Source of the DNA: an uncultured Candidatus Saccharibacteria bacterium
Lineage (GTDB): Bacteria; Patescibacteriota; Minisyncoccia; Phycocordibacterales; PALSA-1337
DNA: 63,083 nucleotides
Direction: 5' to 3'
NCBI GenBank assembly: GCA_964600255.1
Contig: CAZRIX010000006.1
Span: forward strand, 1 to 63,083
Part shown: positions 43,927-51,651 of the stretch, in pieces
Position numbering within the stretch: the first letter of the stretch is position 1
Layout of the letters: every line of letters starts with the position of its first letter
The notes under the pieces: model-generated
The model's input: only the letters and a program-made list of their open reading frames with translations
What the model was told of the DNA's origin: nothing
Database searches by the model: none
Made by a program: the position numbers and the translations under genes

Positions 43927-45204
43927 ATGCATTTCAATCAAACTACACTAAGTAATGGTTTACGAGTGGTAACTGTCCCTATGGCAGACAATCCTGCTGT
44001 AACGGTTCTTGTTATGGTTGAAACTGGTTCTAAATACGAGAAAAAGGAATGGAACGGCCTATCGCATTTCCTAGAGCATATGGTTTTCAAGGGAACTCCA
44101 AAACGCCCAACCGCAATGGATATTTCCAAGGAATTGGAGTCTCTAGGCGCACACTACAATGCATTCACATCTCAGGAATTTACAGGATACTATGCAAAGG
44201 TTAGTAAGCAACACACGGATATTGCTTTGGATGTGGTATCAGATATATATCTAAATCCACTACTAGACGGAAAGGAAATCGAAAAGGAGAAGGGTGTGAT
44301 TGTCGAGGAAATCAGAATGTATAAAGATATGCCACATCGTCATATTCATGATTTGTATATGAAGTTGGTCTACGGCGATCAACCAGCAGGATGGAAAATA
44401 TCCGGCGATGAGGACAATGTGAAAAGTTTTAAAAGAGAAGATTTTATAAAATATCGTAGTGAACACTATGTTGCGGAACGCACCATTGTTGTTGTTTCTG
44501 GTGCAATAAGTGAAAAAGAAATACTAGAGAAGGTAGAGGAGGCCTTTTCAAGTATTCCACAAACGAAGAGTTTGGATAAGGTTAGAGTAAATGACGAGCA
44601 ATCAAAGCCAAATTTACTTTTGCAATATAAAGAAACAGATCAAGCACATTTAATCCTAGGGGTTAGAACTTTTGATTCAAAGAGTAAGCATAGCGAAACA
44701 CTGAGCGTTCTATCGACACTCCTAGGTGGGGGAATGAGTTCAAGACTGTTCCATAAGCTACGCGATGAAATGGGTGTTGGATACTACATACATGCAAGTA
44801 ATGATACATACACTGATCATGGGCTATTCAATATATCTGCTGGCGTTGATACAAAGAGAATAGAAGAAGTTGTTGGGGTTTTGATTGCTGAATGTAAGAA
44901 AATAATTGACGAAGATATAACTGAAGAAGAATTGAAAAAAGTTAAAGACTGCATCTCAGGTTCATTTGTTCTTGGGTTGGAAACATCTGATTCTAGAGCA
45001 GAATATTGTGCATCCGGTCTGATTATGAAAGGTAAAATAGAATCGCCAGATGAAGAAATAGCAAAGATAAACAAAGTAACAGTTTCAGATATAAAAGAAT
45101 TAGCAAAAATGATCTTTGTTGATGAAAAGCTAAATCTAGCTATAATTGGTCCATACAAGGATGAGGACAGAGCTAAGTTTGAGAAGCTGCTAACTTTCAA
45201 ATAA
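43927..45204 (+). CDS. M16-family (pitrilysin/insulinase-like) zinc peptidase
   Basis: HFLEHMVFKGT (HxxEH). TAGTAT lies 6 nt upstream of the ATG. Confidence 0.85.
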   Translation: MHFNQTTLSNGLRVVTVPMADNPAVTVLVMVETGSKYEKKEWNGLSHFLEHMVFKGTPKRPTAMDISKELESLGAHYNAFTSQEFTGYYAKVSKQHTDIALDVVSDIYLNPLLDGKEIEKEKGVIVEEIRMYKDMPHRHIHDLYMKLVYGDQPAGWKISGDEDNVKSFKREDFIKYRSEHYVAERTIVVVSGAISEKEILEKVEEAFSSIPQTKSLDKVRVNDEQSKPNLLLQYKETDQAHLILGVRTFDSKSKHSETLSVLSTLLGGGMSSRLFHKLRDEMGVGYYIHASNDTYTDHGLFNISAGVDTKRIEEVVGVLIAECKKIIDEDITEEELKKVKDCISGSFVLGLETSDSRAEYCASGLIMKGKIESPDEEIAKINKVTVSDIKELAKMIFVDEKLNLAIIGPYKDEDRAKFEKLLTFK

Positions 45205-46647
45205 ATGAAGAAAACCTATTACATTACAACAACATTACCGTATTTGAATGCCGAGCTTCATCTTGGCCATGCTATTGAATTTATCCGTGCAGATGTAATA
45301 GCAAGAGTAAAGCGAGCGCAAGGATTCGATGTTTTTTTCAATACAGGAACTGATGAGCATGGGATAAAAATATATCGCAATGCACAAGCTGTAGGACAAG
45401 CTCCGCAGGATTATGTTGACGGTCTTTTTACAAAGTTTAAAGAACTTCTACCACTACTCGGATTGTCATCTGATATCAATATCATCCGTACAACGGACGC
45501 ACATCACAAAGCCGCAGCTCAGGCATTTTGGAAAAAGTGTAAAGAGAATGGATTTATCTATAAAAAGAATTACAAAATAAAGTATTGTGTTGGTTGTGAA
45601 TTAGAAAAAACAGAAAGCGAACTCGTCGATGGCAAATGCCCAATACATCCTTTGATGAATATAGAAGAGATTGATGAAGAGAATTATTTCTTTAAATTTT
45701 CTGAACTAGATAAAGCTCTTTTGAATTTGTATAAAGAGAATCCAAAACTAGTTGTACCAGATTTCCGTTTCAATGAGATAAAGGCCTTTGTAGAAAGGGG
45801 ATTGCAGGATTTCAGTATTTCTCGCGTGAAAGCCAAAATGCCTTGGGGTGTAGAAGTTCCTGACGATTCTACTCAAGTAATGTATGTTTGGTTTGATGCT
45901 TTGGTTAGTTATATCTCTGCAATTGGTTGGTCAGATGACATGGCTCGTTTTGAAAAATATTGGATTGAGTCTGACAATGTCGTTCAGTATTGTGGAAAGG
46001 ATAACCTACGTCAGCAAAGTGCAATGTGGCAAGCAATGCTTTTGGCCGCTAAGATTCCGAACTCCCGTGCGATCGTTATCGATGGATTCGTAACCGGTGA
46101 AGGTGGAATCAAAATGAGTAAGTCTCTAGGTAATGTTGTTAGTCCACTCGATGTAATCAAAGAATATGGAACAGATGCTCTACGCTTTTTCCTACTAAAA
46201 GAAGTGAGTCCATTTGAAGATAGTCCTTTTACTATTGAAAGATTCAAGGAAGCATACAATGCACATTTGGCCAACGGCCTCGGCAATCTAGTAAGTCGTG
46301 TGATGAAAATGGCTGAGAGCAATGGAGTCACTCTGGATCTTAAATCTGCGCCAGAATTGGATCTGCATAAACATGAACAGTACTATAATTCATTTGAAAT
46401 AAATAAAGTTTGCGATGATATCTGGGTGTATATTCAATCAGTCGATAAGTTCATACAGGAATTCCAGCCATTCAAAACTGTTAAGACAGACATGGAGAAG
46501 GGTAAGCAGCAAATATCATTCTGTCTCACTTCAGTTTGGTATATAGCAAAAGCTCTAGAGCCGATTCTTCCGGAGACATCAGTTCTAATCCAAGATGGAA
46601 TCAAGGCAGGCAAGATGCCAGAGAAGCCTTTGTTTATGAGGAAGTAG
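45205..46647 (+). CDS. metG: methionine--tRNA ligase, short form without C-terminal tRNA-binding domain
   Basis: LPYLNAELHLGHA (HIGH), KMSKSLGN and a CxxC...CP knuckle. Confidence 0.9.
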   Translation: MKKTYYITTTLPYLNAELHLGHAIEFIRADVIARVKRAQGFDVFFNTGTDEHGIKIYRNAQAVGQAPQDYVDGLFTKFKELLPLLGLSSDINIIRTTDAHHKAAAQAFWKKCKENGFIYKKNYKIKYCVGCELEKTESELVDGKCPIHPLMNIEEIDEENYFFKFSELDKALLNLYKENPKLVVPDFRFNEIKAFVERGLQDFSISRVKAKMPWGVEVPDDSTQVMYVWFDALVSYISAIGWSDDMARFEKYWIESDNVVQYCGKDNLRQQSAMWQAMLLAAKIPNSRAIVIDGFVTGEGGIKMSKSLGNVVSPLDVIKEYGTDALRFFLLKEVSPFEDSPFTIERFKEAYNAHLANGLGNLVSRVMKMAESNGVTLDLKSAPELDLHKHEQYYNSFEINKVCDDIWVYIQSVDKFIQEFQPFKTVKTDMEKGKQQISFCLTSVWYIAKALEPILPETSVLIQDGIKAGKMPEKPLFMRK

Positions 46648-46656
46648 TATATATAA

Positions 46657-47430
46657 ATGAAATACATCGACGTTCACTGCCATCTAAATCTAGACGAATT
46701 CAATCTCGATATTAGAGAGGTTATTGAACGTGCAAAGGCTCAAGAAGTCGGAATGATTGTCGTCGGTGTCGACAAGGAATCTTCAGCGAAGGCTGTGAAA
46801 ATAGCTGAAGAAAACGATCGCGTATGGGCTGTGATAGGTCTGCATCCGGTTGATAATGTAACTGAAGAATTCGATTTAGAATTTTATAAAAAGTTGGCAT
46901 CACATCCAAAGGTGGTGGCCATAGGGGAATGCGGCCTGGACTATTATCATGCAAAGATAGAGGATAAGGCACGTCAGCAAGATATTTTTGAAAAGCAGAT
47001 TGCTATAGCAAATGAATTAAAAAAGCCACTAATGCTCCATATTCGTAACGGCATGACCGATACGCACAGTGCATACAAAGATGCTATTGAGATTCTCAAG
47101 AAGCATGCGAGAGTACATGGGAATGTTCATTTCTTCGCTGGTAATGTAGAGGAGGCTCATGAATTTATTAAACTCGGTTTCAAACTATCTTTTACTGGAG
47201 TTATAACTTTTGCGAGAAACTATGATGAGGTTATAAAAAATATACCTTTGAATATGATAATGACTGAGACTGACGCGCCTTTTGTAGCACCGATTCCATA
47301 TAGAGGGCAGAGAAATGAACCAATCTACGTTATCGAAGTTGCAAAGAAGATTGCTGAGATACGTGGAGAGTCTATTGAAGTGGTTCTGCCACATTTAGTG
47401 GAGAATGCGAGAGTGACGTTTGGGATATAG
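46657..47430 (+). CDS. TatD-family metal-dependent hydrolase
   Basis: YIDVHCHLN, IGECGLDY, LHIR, METDAPF. Confidence 0.85.
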   Translation: MKYIDVHCHLNLDEFNLDIREVIERAKAQEVGMIVVGVDKESSAKAVKIAEENDRVWAVIGLHPVDNVTEEFDLEFYKKLASHPKVVAIGECGLDYYHAKIEDKARQQDIFEKQIAIANELKKPLMLHIRNGMTDTHSAYKDAIEILKKHARVHGNVHFFAGNVEEAHEFIKLGFKLSFTGVITFARNYDEVIKNIPLNMIMTETDAPFVAPIPYRGQRNEPIYVIEVAKKIAEIRGESIEVVLPHLVENARVTFGI

Positions 47431-47496
47431 TTTTTAAAAAATAAATATGATATGTTAAGTTAGAATTCAGTACAACCCCAATACGGAAGGTTCTTT

Positions 47497-47883
47497 ATGA
47501 CTATTCATGAAATTATCAGGGCCGTGGCGTATGCCCACGTCCCTAACGGGGCTCTTATCATGGAAAAGGATAGTCCTTGTCAAGATGAGTCCATAATCCA
47601 TGTTTTGAATGCTGGAGGTGCAATACTCATTCAAGCCCAACGGTTTGAGATTTTTCTTCAGGGAGAAATGGAGGATAGCGATGGGGTTTCAGTGACCTTT
47701 TTCGAACATCTTCATTACGCAATCCGAATACATTTTTTTATGATGTTGGAAGCAGGGCTTGAGCATGATGAAGCTAGAGTTGTGTGTTGGAATAAACAAA
47801 TCATATCTCGGTTGAGAGAGGTTGCGCTCAGATTAGGGATTGAATATACTGTCGTTGATCCGCCGGACCCTCTAGAGGATTGA
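47497..47883 (+). CDS. orphan acidic protein (P6, G+C-richer cassette)
   Basis: SD GGAAGG lies 6 nt upstream of the ATG. Own terminator. No recognisable motif. Confidence 0.5.
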   Translation: MTIHEIIRAVAYAHVPNGALIMEKDSPCQDESIIHVLNAGGAILIQAQRFEIFLQGEMEDSDGVSVTFFEHLHYAIRIHFFMMLEAGLEHDEARVVCWNKQIISRLREVALRLGIEYTVVDPPDPLED

Positions 47884-47898
47884 TCGCGGAAAAGCAGA

Positions 47899-47929
47899 GA
47901 AGGCCAGTCGTGAACTGGCCTTTCTTTTT
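47899..47929 (+). terminator. intrinsic terminator of P6
   Basis: AAGGCCAGT-CGTGA-ACTGGCCTT followed by TCTTTTT. Confidence 0.75.
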
Positions 47930-48198
47930 ATTAATTTTCTTAAAAACCCATGAAAATTTCATAAAGAATTTATAATTTTTTTCATATTCCATTAACACAT
48001 TTTGCTACTCTGTATTTGCCATAGCAATGGCATCGAAACCTTGAATTTACGCCTATATTGTGATAATCTGCATTTACGTGCAATTTATCAACTAAATATG
48101 TGAATAGTCCTGACTCGCACGGGTCACGCTTTACCGGCCATTTAATTGGATTAAAAAGGGTAAATTACTATCACTATTGCCGAAAAGGCATAAAAAAT

Positions 48199-48684
48199 AT
48201 GGACAAAAATATCAAGGAAGATCGACAGCAGGTATATGAAATAGGATACTTGTTGGTATCTTCAATCCCTGAAGAGAAAGTCGAAGGGGAAGTAGAAGCT
48301 CTAAAAGCAATCCTTTCAAAGAAAGGTGCAGAATTTATCGGTGAAGAGGCTCCAGAACTTAGAACTCTAGCTTACACTATGGTTAAGAAGATTGGTCCTA
48401 CAAATCATAGATTTGATAAGGGTTATTTCGGTTGGTTCAAGTTTGAGCTTCCAGCAAAGGAGATCGAAGGTATAAAGAAGACTTTTGACCTAAATCCAAA
48501 TATGTTAAGAATGCTAGTGATCAACACTATCAAGGAAAATACATATCTTGGCAAGAAATCTCCAGTACCTATGCCAGAAGTTGCAGACATTACTACTGAA
48601 GTAGCTGTAGAAGCAAATGGAGAAACTCCAGTTGTTGCTGAAGAGGTGGATAAAGGTATCGATGCTGTTGTGAAAGAGGCTTAG
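48199..48684 (+). CDS. rpsF: 30S ribosomal protein S6 with acidic C-terminal extension
   Basis: YEIGYLLVSSIPEE...LAYTM.K...GYFGWFKFE. ATG 48199 preferred over the longer track ORF. Confidence 0.8.
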   Translation: MDKNIKEDRQQVYEIGYLLVSSIPEEKVEGEVEALKAILSKKGAEFIGEEAPELRTLAYTMVKKIGPTNHRFDKGYFGWFKFELPAKEIEGIKKTFDLNPNMLRMLVINTIKENTYLGKKSPVPMPEVADITTEVAVEANGETPVVAEEVDKGIDAVVKEA

Positions 48685-48720
48685 ATTACAAATTAATCCA
48701 TGCGTTAATTCGCAAAAAAT

Positions 48721-49188
48721 ATGTACTTAAACAAAGCGTATGTCATCGGTAATCTCACAAGAGATCCAGAGCTAAAAGCTCTACCATCAGGTGGAAAGGT
48801 TTGTTCATTCTCTGTTGCTACAAATAGAATTTGGAAAGACAAGAATGGTGCAAAGCAAGAAGCTGTAGATTATCACAATGTTGTAGTGTTTGGGCGTGCA
48901 GCTGAGACTGCAGGACAATACCTAAAGAAAGGTTCAAGTGTCCTCATCGAAGGAAGAATGCAAACACGTTCATGGGCAGCAGCGGATGGACAGAAGAAGT
49001 ACCGCACTGAGATCATTGCAGATCGAGTTCAGTTCGGTGGCAGAGCAAGCGGTGCTCCATCAGCTGGAGGTGCGACAGGTTCATCAAAAGATATCGGGGC
49101 AGGTGATCCAACAGCAAAGGATGTACCACCAGTAGATACAATAGACTATCCAGAGGAGGAGATTAACCCAGATGATATACCATTTTAA
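48721..49188 (+). CDS. ssb: single-stranded DNA-binding protein
   Basis: LNKAYVIGNLTRDPELK OB fold, Gly-rich linker and C-terminal DDIPF tip. Confidence 0.9.
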   Translation: MYLNKAYVIGNLTRDPELKALPSGGKVCSFSVATNRIWKDKNGAKQEAVDYHNVVVFGRAAETAGQYLKKGSSVLIEGRMQTRSWAAADGQKKYRTEIIADRVQFGGRASGAPSAGGATGSSKDIGAGDPTAKDVPPVDTIDYPEEEINPDDIPF

Positions 49189-49207
49189 TTATTAACTATA
49201 AAAATAT

Positions 49208-49411
49208 ATGAATAAACAGTGTTATTTCCTACAGAACAATATTAGACATATCGACTATAAGGATACAGAAATTCTAAAGAAATTCCTTAATCCTCATGCT
49301 CGTATGATTAGTCGCAAGAAGTCAGGAGTTAGTGCAAAAGCACAGCGCCAGCTTTCAGTTGCGGTAAAGCGTGCAAGATTCATGGGTCTACTACCTTACG
49401 TAGCTAGATAA
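49208..49411 (+). CDS. rpsR: 30S ribosomal protein S18
   Basis: IDYKDTEILKKFLNPHARMISRKKSGVSAKAQRQLSVAVKRARFMGLLPY. Confidence 0.9.
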   Translation: MNKQCYFLQNNIRHIDYKDTEILKKFLNPHARMISRKKSGVSAKAQRQLSVAVKRARFMGLLPYVAR

Positions 49412-49445
49412 TTGATTCGAAAGTAGGTGAGAATAGATAAAAGAA

Positions 49446-49475
49446 AAGCCCGGGCTAAAACCGGGTTTTTCTTTT
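49446..49475. terminator. bidirectional intrinsic terminator between rpsR and efp
   Basis: A-run, then CCCGG-GCTAAAA-CCGGG, then T-run. Confidence 0.7.
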
Positions 49476-49498
49476 TCTAAAAATATTCTAAAACCTTT

Positions 49499-50077
49499 TT
49501 ACTTACTAACTCTATCCTTATACTCCTCAGTCTCAGTGTTTATTCTGATAACATCTCCTTCGTTTACGAATAGGGGAACGTTCACCGTTGCTCCTGTTTC
49601 CAGTGTTACTAGCTTGTTTCCTCCAACTGCACTGTCTCCTTTGATATTTGGTGGAGCTTCTGTAACTTTGAGTTCTACCATAGCAGGGAATTTAAATCCT
49701 GTAGTCTTTTCTCCAAACATTAGCTGGTTGATTATTGTGTTTGGTTTTATAAGCTTTACACGAGAACCTATCTCGTCAAAAGTAAAACTAAATCTCTTGC
49801 TTGGATCGGTAGGTAGACAGAACCAATATTCTTTTTTACCTTCGTTTGCATATAGATATTTGATCTCTCTTTGATCGATCTCCGCCTCCTCTACCTTTTC
49901 AGATACATGGAAAGAGTACTCAGTAACCTTACCAGTAATTAGATTCTTCAACTTGGTGGCATTAACAGGCTTTCTTTGTTGTTTGCGGAAAACATGTGAA
50001 CTTACCACTTCGTATGGCTGGCCTTCTAAAACGATATACTTTCTTTCTACAATTTCATTATATTCTAACATTGACAT
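49499..50077 (-). CDS. efp: elongation factor P
   Basis: Three-domain EF-P pattern: GQPYEVVSSHV..., KLVTLETGATVNVPLFVNEGDVIRINT. Confidence 0.85.
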   Translation of the reverse strand: MSMLEYNEIVERKYIVLEGQPYEVVSSHVFRKQQRKPVNATKLKNLITGKVTEYSFHVSEKVEEAEIDQREIKYLYANEGKKEYWFCLPTDPSKRFSFTFDEIGSRVKLIKPNTIINQLMFGEKTTGFKFPAMVELKVTEAPPNIKGDSAVGGNKLVTLETGATVNVPLFVNEGDVIRINTETEEYKDRVSK

Positions 50078-50097
50078 AGTAGTCTCATCTTACACAA

Positions 50098-51225
50098 TTA
50101 TTTTACTTCTGCAAGCTTGGCGCGGATCTTGCCTAGGATCTCAGCGCGGATAGGCTGGTTCTCCTTTAGGAATTGGCGTGTAGCGTCATAACCACGACCT
50201 AGCTTTGTCTCTCCATATGAATATGAAGTACCAGACTTTGTAACGATTCCCATGTTTTCTCCTAGGGCTATGATTTCGCCTTCTTGAGAAATACCTTCGT
50301 TGTACATTAGATCGAACTCGGTCTGACGGAATGGGGCAGCGACCTTGTTCTTAACAACTTTTACGCGTACACGTCCTCCCATTACCTCTTCACCCTTCTT
50401 AATTTGAGCTATACGACGAATATCTAGACGAACCGAGGTGTAGAACTTCAAAGCCTTTCCACCTGGTGTAGTCTCTGGATTACCAAACATAACACCAATC
50501 TGCATACGGATCTGGTTTATGAAAATAACTATAGTCTTTGACTTAGCTACGATACTTGTAAGTTTGCGTAGAGCTTGTGACATTAGACGAGCTTGTTTAC
50601 CAACATGATGCGCACCCATATCACCTTCGATTTCATCTTTTGGTGTAAGTGCAGCAACTGAGTCGATAACGATCACATCCATTTTACCTGAATGAACCAA
50701 ACTTTCTACGATTCCTAGTGCCTGCTCTCCTGACTCTGGCTGTGATATCAAAAGTTCTTCAGTTTTCACACCAAGACGTTTCGCATATTCTGGATCAAGT
50801 GCATGTTCGGCATCGATAAAAGCACAGATACCACCGATCTTTTGTGCTTCAGCTATTACGTGCAGAGAAAGGGTAGTCTTACCAGATGACTCCGGTCCGA
50901 ATATCTCAATGATTCTACCGCGTGGCATACCGCCGATACCTAGAGCAGCGTCCAAACCTATTGATCCTGTTGGAATTGCGTTCACATTTACTTTTGGTTT
51001 GTCACCAAGTTTCATGATCGATTCATCACCAAATTTTGAACGAATTGCATCCAAAGTAGATCCAATACTTTGAGTTGGATCAACGTTTTTTGTTTCTTTC
51101 ACAGGTTTCTTGTTTTTTACTACACCTTCATCATCAACTTCTTCTATTTTTGCTTCAACCTCCATTTCTTCTAAACCTTCATCCTTTGAGATCTTGTCTT
51201 TTGTGTTTTTGATTTTCTTTATCAT
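50098..51225 (-). CDS. recA: recombinase RecA with about 50-aa K/E-rich N-terminal extension
   Basis: [17 protein letters not shown] (Walker A), [35 protein letters not shown] at MIKKIK preferred over the upstream TTG. Confidence 0.9.
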   Translation of the reverse strand: MIKKIKNTKDKISKDEGLEEMEVEAKIEEVDDEGVVKNKKPVKETKNVDPTQSIGSTLDAIRSKFGDESIMKLGDKPKVNVNAIPTGSIGLDAALGIGGMPRGRIIEIFGPESSGKTTLSLHVIAEAQKIGGICAFIDAEHALDPEYAKRLGVKTEELLISQPESGEQALGIVESLVHSGKMDVIVIDSVAALTPKDEIEGDMGAHHVGKQARLMSQALRKLTSIVAKSKTIVIFINQIRMQIGVMFGNPETTPGGKALKFYTSVRLDIRRIAQIKKGEEVMGGRVRVKVVKNKVAAPFRQTEFDLMYNEGISQEGEIIALGENMGIVTKSGTSYSYGETKLGRGYDATRQFLKENQPIRAEILGKIRAKLAEVK

Positions 51226-51279
51226 AAAAGTATTTTCTTGAATTAATAATAGTGGGTACTGCAAGAATTATATCACCAA

Positions 51280-51651
51280 TTAATTCTTGTCTTGATAGAC
51301 AAGTTCTAATTTATATTCAGTAATTCTTTTGAAACGGTCTTTTGCTGAAATAACAGCAACATTGTAGCCAGGGAATAGAAGTAGAGGCTCTGAAAAGTTA
51401 CCACTAGTATCAATCTGTATAGGACGTCCATTGATAGATACATCCTGAATGTGGAGAACCTGACCCTTTACGGTTACTGTAGACGTAGATATCATGCTGC
51501 CATTTTCTGGGTAGGTGATATTTACTATAGGTCCTTTGATGTAGTCCCTAGATGCAGAATATATATAAAGTAAAACGACCAGTATTACTACAGCAAATAG
51601 GGAGGTCTTTAGTAGTTTCCTAGTACCATCGCGGTTGATTGTCTTATACAT
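51280..51651 (-). CDS. small membrane-anchored protein with beta-rich extracytoplasmic domain
   Basis: One TM helix (LFAVVILVVLLYIY). Overlaps the ftsK stop by 8 nt, so probably in the same operon. Confidence 0.5.
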   Translation of the reverse strand: MYKTINRDGTRKLLKTSLFAVVILVVLLYIYSASRDYIKGPIVNITYPENGSMISTSTVTVKGQVLHIQDVSINGRPIQIDTSGNFSEPLLLFPGYNVAVISAKDRFKRITEYKLELVYQDKN

